42,013 nucleotides of DNA from an uncultured Candidatus Marinamargulisbacteria bacterium (GTDB lineage: Bacteria; Margulisbacteria; Marinamargulisbacteria; JABIPA01): positions 1 to 42,013 of the forward strand of contig CAZIOF010000163.1 of the NCBI GenBank assembly GCA_964540745.1, in the 5' to 3' direction. Below, piece after piece: positions 26,596 to 35,186 of this stretch. The position numbers and the translations under genes are program-made. Position 1 is the stretch's first letter, and every line of letters begins with the position of its first letter. The notes under the pieces were generated by a model, which made no database searches, was not told where the DNA came from, and worked only from the letters and a program-made list of their open reading frames with translations.

Positions 26596-28076
26596 CCCCC
26601 CACCAACTGGACCTCAGGATCGTTTACTGACTGGGTAGGGACATCAAATTTACAAAGATTATCTCTTTTTTCTTGCCCATCTCGTCCTGTTCTAATAAAT
26701 ATTAAATTAATAAACTCACGAATCCGAAACAAAACCTTCATCTCTATATTATATTCCCTAAATATCTTTATCATCCTTAATACCCTAAAAGGGTTCAAAT
26801 GAAATAAGAACATCGTTACAGTTCTGATAAGTATCAATAACCATTGAGGAACATGTGATAAATTTTTCGTTCCATAAAAAAAGACATTACTCTCATTCGG
26901 CAAGGCATGTTCTTTCTTTAAATCATTGTATAGCTCTGTCCCTGGGTAAGGAAAGACGGTAGAAATATAAGCGATTGTTAACTTTGATGTTAAAACACAC
27001 CAAGACGTTTTAAGCATTTGCCATACTGTTTCATTAGGAAATCCCACCATAAAAAATCCGCCTGTATAAAGATCTAATCGATGTGAAATATCTAGAATAC
27101 GATTAATAACATCAAGCCTATTTTTCTTTTTAATCTTTATCTGTGTCATCATATCCGTCGTTTCGACAGCATAAAATATAATGCCTAAACCTGCTTTTTT
27201 GAGCAGAACCAACTGCTCTTCTGTCAACAAATCGGCTCTAACGCCATTAGGAAAATGGAACCTAATAGATAATTTCTTTTCGATGACTAACTCACAAAAC
27301 TCAACCAATCGCTTGGGATTAAGATTCCAGATATCATCTACAAATTCAAAATCATAAATATCATAGTCGTTAATTAAAGACTCAATTTGGCTCACCATAC
27401 GCTTAGCTGAAATTTCTCGAAATGTTTTCCCAAAAACATCATGACAAAATGTACACTTGTACGGACATGCACGTGACGTAAACAACCCCATATAACGTCG
27501 TTGCCCCACTGGAGTGGAACTTCGTGACGAATAGAATTCAATATCCACCATGTCCCAAGCAGGATCTGGCAAAGAATCTATATCTAAAGAAGGCCTTGGA
27601 ATAGCCAAAACCGGACACCCTTTCTCATCTCTAAAAATAGTCCCCGGAATATGCGTTAACGACTTATTTTCAACACGACGCTGAACAATCTCCAAAAAGG
27701 TTCCTTCTCCCTCACCCACAACAGCTAAATCAATCGCTGAATCATCCAGAACTGCTTCACGAGACGAGGAAGGGTAAGCCCCTCCTGCAACAATAAGTGC
27801 CTCAGGACAATGATAACGAAAATAGCGCGACATATGATGCATATTAACGTGATCATTTGAAAGCGCAGAAAGCCCCACAATATGTGGCTTTTGGGTATCT
27901 ACCAAAGCAAGAAGACGATCAATCTCGCCCGGCTTCATAGGATCAACCAATTCAATATTATCAAAGCCATTTTCACGAAGATAAGACGCTAAGCTCATTA
28001 ATCCTAGCGGATAAAAAACCATTTCATGATGTTTTGGCAAACCAGAAACACTACAACTAACAAGTAAAATATTCAT
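26592..28076 (-). CDS. B12-binding-domain radical SAM enzyme (class B rSAM)
   Basis: N-terminal cobalamin-binding-like Rossmann fold (NILLVSCS...PLGLMSLASYL...PHIVGLSALS). The radical SAM cluster motif is TSRACPYKCTFCHD (CxxxCxxC, 27444-27467). It starts 6 nt downstream of the preceding ORF's stop. Confidence 0.9.
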   Translation of the reverse strand: MNILLVSCSVSGLPKHHEMVFYPLGLMSLASYLRENGFDNIELVDPMKPGEIDRLLALVDTQKPHIVGLSALSNDHVNMHHMSRYFRYHCPEALIVAGGAYPSSSREAVLDDSAIDLAVVGEGEGTFLEIVQRRVENKSLTHIPGTIFRDEKGCPVLAIPRPSLDIDSLPDPAWDMVDIEFYSSRSSTPVGQRRYMGLFTSRACPYKCTFCHDVFGKTFREISAKRMVSQIESLINDYDIYDFEFVDDIWNLNPKRLVEFCELVIEKKLSIRFHFPNGVRADLLTEEQLVLLKKAGLGIIFYAVETTDMMTQIKIKKKNRLDVINRILDISHRLDLYTGGFFMVGFPNETVWQMLKTSWCVLTSKLTIAYISTVFPYPGTELYNDLKKEHALPNESNVFFYGTKNLSHVPQWLLILIRTVTMFLFHLNPFRVLRMIKIFREYNIEMKVLFRIREFINLIFIRTGRDGQEKRDNLCKFDVPTQSVNDPEVQLVGG

Positions 28077-28082
28077 AGAAGT

Positions 28083-30329
28083 TTATCTCCATACCATACT
28101 AGACTCTCCTTTCGCAGGATAGTCCCTATCGATTAGACAAGCCCCCGATTCTTCAATATAGTAACGACTATTCACCCCTAAGTTCTCAAAATTTTGGACA
28201 CGTCCAGACGGCCAATAAATCTGAATATTGTTAATTTTCTTTGCATATCCTAAACCTATTTCTTGCTGTAAACTATTACTTCCAAAGCTACCCCCTGTCC
28301 CCACCGTTCTATAAATATTGCGTTGTTTTCCATGTTCCTCTATAAGGATATTAATCCTTGCACCAATAGCCAACCTATTAGAATCAGTACCCTGCAACTT
28401 AAGCGTAACCCAATTCATATCATTACCTGGATTTTCATAAAAAACGTTTGGAAAAACATCTGTAGGGTACCAACCACCCATAACAGTCAAGATATCTTGG
28501 TCACCATCATTATCAAAGTCACCCCAAGAAATCCCATGGCCTTTTTGTAAATGACCAAATCCACCTGAAGTCGTCACATCCTGAAAAAATACCCCGCCTG
28601 TATTTCTATACATTTTGTTAGGCAATAGCGCACTTAAATCAGGTGCTCCTGTCCCAAAATAAGCATCTAAATAACCATCATTATCCAAATCTCCAAAGTT
28701 ACACCCCATAACTAATAGCAAGCCATCTACCCCAGAATCAGCCGTTATATCTGTAAACGTACCATCACCATTGTTTTTATATAAACAAGGCCTTTCATAT
28801 GCAACATTTGGATTTTGATAAAGTTCCGCGATTAATGAGGGATAGTCTAAGGCTATTTCATAATTTGCAACAAAAATATCCATCAAACCATCATTATTAT
28901 AATCCCAAAACCAAACCGAAAAACTAGCAGTAGGTCCCGCAACGCCTGCCTCCTTGGTCACATCACGAAATCGATTCCCAACACCTTCATTTCGAAAAAG
29001 AATATTATCTTCTTGATGTCTTGATATATAAAGATCTGGCCATCCATCATTATCATAATCACCCCAAACAACCCCCTTTACAAAGCCTGTAACTGAGACC
29101 CCATACTCATGAGCTACGTTTGTAAACGTTCCGTCTTGATTATTACGATAAAGATCACAAGGGTATTCTGAATCTTTATTAGATTCATTCCCTATAAAAA
29201 GATCTAAAAAACCATCTCTATCAAAATCTCCCCAAGCCGCAGTTTGAGTCGGTATATATTGCAGCAATCCAGACGCAACCGTTACATCTCTAAATCGCCC
29301 ACCGCCTAAATTTTTCAATAAGGAATTAGGTTGTTTTCCATATCGTCTAAACCAACCACCGCGTAATACAAAAATATCAGCCAGTCCATCATTATCATAA
29401 TCAGCATGAATCATATTGAGCCCACCCGTAATTCCTAAAAGACCAGCCTCATTTGTCTTATCAATAAAGCCCCCTTTCCCATCATTCTTATAAAATCGTA
29501 ACTGGTCATCTAAACCGTAAGACGAGACCATGATATCAAGGTAGCCATCACCATCTAAATCATCAAGAATGCTTCCTCCTGCTAAGCCTAGCTCGTTAAG
29601 GTTAAGCTTAGGTGCTATATCGGAAAACTGAGGCAACTGATAGCCCGACTCAAAATAGTCATATGGAATTACCCATTGATTAAGCAGGTTATCCGAAGAT
29701 AATCCTAGAGTTGAGCAGGCTAAAGTCGACAACCAGTGCAACCCTCTATACTCTGGATAGCGTTGAATAGCCATCTTCAACTCATTAATGAGCTTGGAAG
29801 CATATCCGGTTTCTTCATATACCCCCTTATTTCGAATCGGAAAAATACAACGGGAACAATTATGCTTTTGAATGCAGTTTAGTTGTTCTCCCAATCTAAT
29901 ATAACTAACTATTATTTGTTTATGAATATCTTCAAATTCTCTTGCGCGCGCTAAGGGCCCCAGATCATTCAGCCCCGTATTTAATAACTGCGTATATGCT
30001 TGTATCGCAGCATCTGTATCGCCACTTAAAAGAGAAAGCTCTGCCAATTGTTTAGATAATTGACGTTGTTCAACTTGGGAGTTAACACCGTTTTTTTGAG
30101 AGACCCGCGTTCTAATAGCCTCCTGAATCAAACTGTCAGGAACATTTCCTAATTCCCCTCTAACCTCATTAAGGCGATAAACCATATCAGACGAAAAGGC
30201 CCTTCTCTTCATAACGCCTTGTAGATAAAAAAGGATCAGTATCCCAATAAATAGGAGTAAGACACCTCCTTTAAACACCTTTAACTTACCCATTGATCGG
30301 TATCCCCGTGATGTTTTCCGTAATAACAA
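28083..30329 (-). CDS. CRTAC1-family protein: TM anchor, TPR-like region, FG-GAP/VCBS repeats, UnbV/ASPIC C-terminal domain
   Basis: Seven DxDxDGxxD-type repeats: DLDGDGYLDIMV, DYDNDGLADIFV, DFDRDGFLDLFI, DYDNDGWPDLYI, DYNNDGLMDIFV, DLDNDGYLDAYF and DFDNDGDQDILT. C-terminus GARINILIEEHGKQRNIYRTVGTGGSFGSNSLQQEIGLG...IQIYWPSGRVQ. An alternative ATG at 30293 shortens the overlap with the upstream ORF. Confidence 0.88.
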   Translation of the reverse strand: MLLRKTSRGYRSMGKLKVFKGGVLLLFIGILILFYLQGVMKRRAFSSDMVYRLNEVRGELGNVPDSLIQEAIRTRVSQKNGVNSQVEQRQLSKQLAELSLLSGDTDAAIQAYTQLLNTGLNDLGPLARAREFEDIHKQIIVSYIRLGEQLNCIQKHNCSRCIFPIRNKGVYEETGYASKLINELKMAIQRYPEYRGLHWLSTLACSTLGLSSDNLLNQWVIPYDYFESGYQLPQFSDIAPKLNLNELGLAGGSILDDLDGDGYLDIMVSSYGLDDQLRFYKNDGKGGFIDKTNEAGLLGITGGLNMIHADYDNDGLADIFVLRGGWFRRYGKQPNSLLKNLGGGRFRDVTVASGLLQYIPTQTAAWGDFDRDGFLDLFIGNESNKDSEYPCDLYRNNQDGTFTNVAHEYGVSVTGFVKGVVWGDYDNDGWPDLYISRHQEDNILFRNEGVGNRFRDVTKEAGVAGPTASFSVWFWDYNNDGLMDIFVANYEIALDYPSLIAELYQNPNVAYERPCLYKNNGDGTFTDITADSGVDGLLLVMGCNFGDLDNDGYLDAYFGTGAPDLSALLPNKMYRNTGGVFFQDVTTSGGFGHLQKGHGISWGDFDNDGDQDILTVMGGWYPTDVFPNVFYENPGNDMNWVTLKLQGTDSNRLAIGARINILIEEHGKQRNIYRTVGTGGSFGSNSLQQEIGLGYAKKINNIQIYWPSGRVQNFENLGVNSRYYIEESGACLIDRDYPAKGESSMVWR

Positions 30330-33300
30330 CTGTCGTATTTTTCGTAAAAGGCCCTTCTATAAGTTGCTTTTCGCCCCCAGGCCATATAACCCTTATACGA
30401 TCTGCTTTTATATGTTTTTTAATTCCAAAGGTAAGGGTGGTATCTTCTTGTGACAAATAATTACTCCCACAGGTTACATACTTAGTCTGCATAGGCAATC
30501 CCTCCGCAAAAAGTGTTACCTTGGACCCCACCCCAAAATAATTATGGTTTATTCCCCTTAACTTTACCTTCAACCAGTTATTATTAGCTAAATTTAAATT
30601 CTTAAATATAGACGGCGCATGAACAAGGTCCGTTACAACAAGATCCATTTTTCCCTTATTAGACAAATCAACCGCAGAAACAGCTCTACTCAATGACGCC
30701 TTAAATAGAGGAGACTCCTTGTCATAGCGATAAAAACCTCCATTATACTTAATATAAAAGTGATCCTTTTGGTAACCAACAGAAGACCCAGGAATCCAAC
30801 CATTAGCTAAATAAACATCTTCATCCCCATCCATATCATAATCAAAAAAGGCCGCTCCCCAACACCAACCTTTATCACCTTGACCAAAAGACATCCAGTC
30901 TGGAGTAAAGCGAGCCCCGTCTTGCTTAAGAAGCAACTTATTTCCAGAAAGATATAGAGATGTGTTTAATACCCTATCATCTAACGAAAAGGTATCCTGG
31001 GGTGTAGGAAATTTAAGCACCTCGGTTTTTGAATACATATCAACCATCGTTACATAAACATCAAGATTACCATCATGATTGACATCAACCACACTGGCGT
31101 TCATCCCATGCCCCCTGTCATTAAAATGATAGTGTTCCCCCATTTCGTCAAACTTACCCTCTTTATTATTAATAAAAAGCTGATCTTCACCAAAATCATT
31201 CACAACAATAAGGTCTTGCCATCCGTCACTATTAACATCCATAGACGCAGCAGCTAATGTCCATCGCGAACTAGCGAGGCCTGACTCATGAGTAACCTCG
31301 CTAAAGACGCCTTGTCCCATATTTTTAAATAACTGATTAGGAATACCATTACGGCCATCCGTAGAGGGCTTTCCTTTCCCATAGTTTCCGATAAAAAGGT
31401 CTAATAAACCATTCCCATCATAATCAAAAAATAACGATGTCTGCGCGCCAACATTCGTTTTAATCCCAGAAATCTTCGTAATATTCTTAAAGGTCTGATT
31501 ATGCAACTGCAAAAACAATTGAGAAGGAGATTGTGAATGAACAATGAACAGATCTTGTCTTCCATCATTATTAATATCTACAAATAAAGCTTGGCGTGAG
31601 TCTCTATAAAACGTATCATCTATCCCTATCTCGTAGGATAAATTATGAAACGAAAAATCGCCCTCATTTTTGTATAAATAATTACCTCCAACCCCAGGAA
31701 AAAAAAGGTCTGGCAAACCATCTTGATTATAATCGCCAACCGCAACCCCTGTACCAACCGTACGTTGACTAAATTCCTGTTTATTTAAATCAAAAACAGC
31801 CAAAGTAGAGCAAACTAATAATAATAAAACGCTAAAAGCAAGCAAATAATAGCCACCCCAGATGTAGAATATGGCCGTAACAAGAACCAAAGCAAGAACA
31901 GACCAAAAACATAGAAACAGCAACTCTTTATTAATAAAATTAGGAACCATCAAATGCCGGATCCCACTTCTCGACGAAACATCCTGAAAAAGGGGGTAAT
32001 TATAGTCCAAAAAAACGTGTTCTTCAGAGTCTCTTTTAACATCACTTGTATCTAACGTCTTCGTAGATGATGGTAAAAAAAAGAAATGCTGGTCTAAAAA
32101 CGATATCATAGTCTCTTCAGTGACTTCATCAATCCCCAAATTTAGACTATACAATTCACATTCTTTTAAATAAATCCCTATCATTTCTGACAATCTTTCT
32201 GAAAAGTATTCCAAGGCAAAAGGATCGATAGGTTTAATATCTGATTTTTGATATATGCGCTGCAGTATCTTCCAATGAAACATGGTATCCCGAATAGCAT
32301 CTAAATACACATCCGATACGCGCCGTATACGCGTCTCATCGTTAAGCTCATTATCATAAATCGTCACTGAAACATCGCCATCAGAATGACTTACTCGAGG
32401 AAATAACAACTCAAAAACAGTCGCAATAACACCAGTTGAAAGATACGCTTGAGGCGCTGCATTCTGATAAAGTTCCTTATGTAAAACATATCGGTGTATC
32501 GGCCGAAAAACAGGGGCGTTTTCTCTAGGAGAATATCCTCTTGCAATAAAATAAGATATCGCTTCTATCCGCCCCAAAAGACTATCCAAAGCGTCTTTGG
32601 TGAACGACACATTATAGTAACTACTAAGTTTAGAAAAAGGTTGTCCAATATCACTAGTATCCTGAACACGGTTCCAGGACATAAGAGAGTTGATTTTATT
32701 AGTAATATAGCGTGAGGTTATATCAAAAACAAAAGGAAGGGCATCATTCTCTACCAAATCATCAATCGGAGAATCGTCCTTACTATCGTAGCTCTGTACG
32801 TGGGTCAGATCTAATAAACGCTTATATGCATACTGTGCATCTGAATATATAACTTTAGGGTGATTAAGCACTTCCGCTCTCTTTTGAGAAAGAACCGTAA
32901 GGCACATTGAAAGCGTCGATATTTTTCCTGAAAAATAGACTAAGGCCTGTTTAGTAAACGGTTTTAATGCATACGCAATTTGAGACGATTTATAAGGGCG
33001 TAAGATCTCCTCTATAAGAACAGAAAGAAGACTTCGAAACCCTTCCGTAGTCTGATTAAAATTAGTTAATGCCAGATTAAAATAACCGGTTTGAAACAAA
33101 TCATAATCAGACAGTTCATCAAAAAGTTTATCATAAATAGGATCTATCTCTTCTTCGGAAATAAAGGAGGCATTAGTTTCCAAAGATAGGTGACGCCAGA
33201 ACCTATAAGCAAGTATCTTAATCGCTTCAATTTGAAGTATCACAGCCTTCTCTGATAACGGGATCTGTCCAGCATAGTTTTCAATTTTACGAATACTCGA

Positions 33301-33537
33301 CCAACAAACGGTATCATTATCACATTCTTTTACAAATATGTTTTCAAGAAGAACATCGCTCACTTCAAATAACGGATCCTGCTGTTGAGAAGAAGGATTC
33401 CCAAAAGAACTATCAGAACACAAAAGACTCATAACAACAGTCAACACAACAACAAAACGCATGATTGAAAGAGAGTCCCCACATCTAGGATCTAAAGCAA
33501 CACTGAACATACAGAAAATCCATTTTTTAAAAAGCAT
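30286..33537 (-). CDS. Large membrane protein: ~555-aa unrecognised N-terminal domain, TM segment, FG-GAP/VCBS repeats plus UnbV/ASPIC-like C-terminus
   Basis: Signal-like N-terminus MRFVVVLTVVMSLLCSDSSFG. TM region LLFLCFWSVLALVLVTAIFYIWGGYYLLAFSVLLLLVCSTLAVF. Repeats DYNQDGLPDLFF, DINNDGRQDLFI, DYDGNGLLDLFI, DVNSDGWQDLIV, DVNHDGNLDVYV and DYDMDGDEDVYL. C-terminus GVGSKVTLFAEG...GSNYLSQEDTTLTFGI...IRVIWPGGEKQ. Confidence 0.85.
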   Translation of the reverse strand: MLFKKWIFCMFSVALDPRCGDSLSIMRFVVVLTVVMSLLCSDSSFGNPSSQQQDPLFEVSDVLLENIFVKECDNDTVCWSSIRKIENYAGQIPLSEKAVILQIEAIKILAYRFWRHLSLETNASFISEEEIDPIYDKLFDELSDYDLFQTGYFNLALTNFNQTTEGFRSLLSVLIEEILRPYKSSQIAYALKPFTKQALVYFSGKISTLSMCLTVLSQKRAEVLNHPKVIYSDAQYAYKRLLDLTHVQSYDSKDDSPIDDLVENDALPFVFDITSRYITNKINSLMSWNRVQDTSDIGQPFSKLSSYYNVSFTKDALDSLLGRIEAISYFIARGYSPRENAPVFRPIHRYVLHKELYQNAAPQAYLSTGVIATVFELLFPRVSHSDGDVSVTIYDNELNDETRIRRVSDVYLDAIRDTMFHWKILQRIYQKSDIKPIDPFALEYFSERLSEMIGIYLKECELYSLNLGIDEVTEETMISFLDQHFFFLPSSTKTLDTSDVKRDSEEHVFLDYNYPLFQDVSSRSGIRHLMVPNFINKELLFLCFWSVLALVLVTAIFYIWGGYYLLAFSVLLLLVCSTLAVFDLNKQEFSQRTVGTGVAVGDYNQDGLPDLFFPGVGGNYLYKNEGDFSFHNLSYEIGIDDTFYRDSRQALFVDINNDGRQDLFIVHSQSPSQLFLQLHNQTFKNITKISGIKTNVGAQTSLFFDYDGNGLLDLFIGNYGKGKPSTDGRNGIPNQLFKNMGQGVFSEVTHESGLASSRWTLAAASMDVNSDGWQDLIVVNDFGEDQLFINNKEGKFDEMGEHYHFNDRGHGMNASVVDVNHDGNLDVYVTMVDMYSKTEVLKFPTPQDTFSLDDRVLNTSLYLSGNKLLLKQDGARFTPDWMSFGQGDKGWCWGAAFFDYDMDGDEDVYLANGWIPGSSVGYQKDHFYIKYNGGFYRYDKESPLFKASLSRAVSAVDLSNKGKMDLVVTDLVHAPSIFKNLNLANNNWLKVKLRGINHNYFGVGSKVTLFAEGLPMQTKYVTCGSNYLSQEDTTLTFGIKKHIKADRIRVIWPGGEKQLIEGPFTKNTTVVITENITGIPING

Positions 33538-33799
33538 GAAGAAAAACCAAAGAAGATCTAAACACTATTAAGAGAGGAAAACAAAGACATAATATACACT
33601 TTATTATTTAAAATTAAAAAAAGGGGAATGACCATCCTATAATATCATACTTTTAGGTTAGAGAGGAATCCCCTCTAAGGCGATTAGCACAGGATATTGA
33701 CAGGGTTCACTAGAACGATCAGAAAGCCTACTTCATCAAATAATCACGTTAAAAACAATATTAAGTAAACATCACTGAATTAACGATAGGTAATCCAAA

Positions 33800-33839
33800 T
33801 TGATCATATATTATCCCGATTGTAGAATTAGACTATAAT
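33800..33839 (+). promoter_or_regulatory. Candidate sigma70-like promoter for the enoylreductase gene
   Basis: TTGATC (33800-33805), a 17-nt spacer, then TAGAAT (33823-33828). A perfect TATAAT also lies at 33834-33839. The site is 43-54 nt upstream of ATG 33882. This is pattern match only, in an AT-rich region. Confidence 0.25.
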
Positions 33840-33881
33840 GACTTACCTATCTAAAAAATCCAAGGGATACTCGGTCTTACA

Positions 33882-35183
33882 ATGACAAAAAAAAGCACCC
33901 TATTTTGTCGGACATTTAATGTCGATCACCCCTATATCGCTGGGGCAATGGCCCTTGGGATATCCTCAAAAGAACTCGTCCACAACATGGCCCAACATAG
34001 ATTACTCTCATTTTTAAGCGTTGGCGGTCGACCTTTAAACGATATCGAAGCTGATATTAAGTGGCTTAAACAAAAGGCCTCTGGCTCTTGGGGTGTGAAC
34101 TATATCCATCACTTTAACCAACCAGAAAAAGAAATGAAACTAATGCAACTCTTATTGCGTTATAACATCACTCTAATCGAAGCCTCCAGTTTTATGTCCA
34201 TTACAAAGGAACTTGTACAATATCGAGTATCAGGATTAGAAAAAGTGGGGAATAAAACCCACTGTCATCATCATATTATTGCTAAACTATCACATCCAAA
34301 AGTTTCGGAAGCGTTCTTATCCCCACCCCCCAAAAAGTATCTTACAGAACTTCTAAATGAAGGTGCCATTTCATCTCAACAAGCAACATTAGCCACCTCA
34401 ATCCCCATGGCCGATGCCATTACCATAGAAGGTGATTCTGGAGGCCATACAAGCCAAGGACTATCTTTAGCCATATTTCCTACACTCCATGCATTTAAAA
34501 ACACCATTGAAACACAACACAACTACACCCAGGACATCTTTATAGGTCTAGGCGGTGGGATAGGAACGCCTCATGCAATCAACGCCGCCTTTTCTTTAGG
34601 CGCAGATTATGTGATGTCAGGGTCCATCAATCAATGTACCCTCGAGGCGGCTACAAGTTCTCTTGTAAAAGAATTATTATGTGAGGCATCGATTCAAGAT
34701 TTTTCTTATGCCCCAGCAGGTGACATGTTTGAAATAGGGGCAAAAGTACACGTCTATAAAAAAGGGATCTTATTTCCTGTTCGTGCAAACCATCTTTATC
34801 AACTCTATCAACACTATAACAATATCGAAGACATTCCATCTTCTGTTAAGGCTCGTTTAGAAAATGACTATTTCCAGGCGCCTTTAACAACAGTATGGGA
34901 GGAAATAGAACGTTACTCCCTAAAAAAGAACCATAATAATCACTCCCATACGCTACACTCAAAAAGAAAAATGGCCCTTATCTTCAAAACATACTTTAGA
35001 AACTCTTCTCAGTACGCCATTAAGGGTATGGAAAAAGAAAAATTGAACTTCCAAATTCATAGCAGCCCAGCAATAGCAGCATTTAATCAGTGGGCAAAAA
35101 TGTCGCCACTAAACGACTGGAAAAAAAGATCCGTTAGCGATATCAGTTTAAGATTATTAGAAAGCGCCTCTTTATCACACTAA
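33882..35183 (+). CDS. PfaD-family trans-acting enoyl reductase (FMN/TIM-barrel, nitronate monooxygenase-like)
   Basis: HPYIAGAMALGISSKELV, ITLIEASSFM, IIAKLSHPKVSEAFLSPPP, ITIEGDSGGHTSQG, FIGLGGGIGTPHAINAAFSLGADYVMSGSINQCTLEAATS, GDMFEIGAKVHVYKKGILFPVRA. These match the PfaD/PksE-type ER signature. Confidence 0.9.
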   Translation: MTKKSTLFCRTFNVDHPYIAGAMALGISSKELVHNMAQHRLLSFLSVGGRPLNDIEADIKWLKQKASGSWGVNYIHHFNQPEKEMKLMQLLLRYNITLIEASSFMSITKELVQYRVSGLEKVGNKTHCHHHIIAKLSHPKVSEAFLSPPPKKYLTELLNEGAISSQQATLATSIPMADAITIEGDSGGHTSQGLSLAIFPTLHAFKNTIETQHNYTQDIFIGLGGGIGTPHAINAAFSLGADYVMSGSINQCTLEAATSSLVKELLCEASIQDFSYAPAGDMFEIGAKVHVYKKGILFPVRANHLYQLYQHYNNIEDIPSSVKARLENDYFQAPLTTVWEEIERYSLKKNHNNHSHTLHSKRKMALIFKTYFRNSSQYAIKGMEKEKLNFQIHSSPAIAAFNQWAKMSPLNDWKKRSVSDISLRLLESASLSH

Positions 35184-35186
35184 AAC

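Noticed and set aside
30286-30329. 44-nt overlap between the two CRTAC1-like ORFs as possible programmed frameshift or fusion
   Set aside because: It is more simply explained by start-codon choice. An internal ATG at 30293 (MGKLKVFKGG..., just before the TM helix) reduces the overlap to 8 nt.
33657-33678. Imperfect hairpin TTAGAGAGG-AATC-CCCTCTAA in the divergent intergenic region
   Set aside because: It is an 8-bp stem with a bulge and has no flanking U/T run on either strand. That is not enough to call a terminator or operator.
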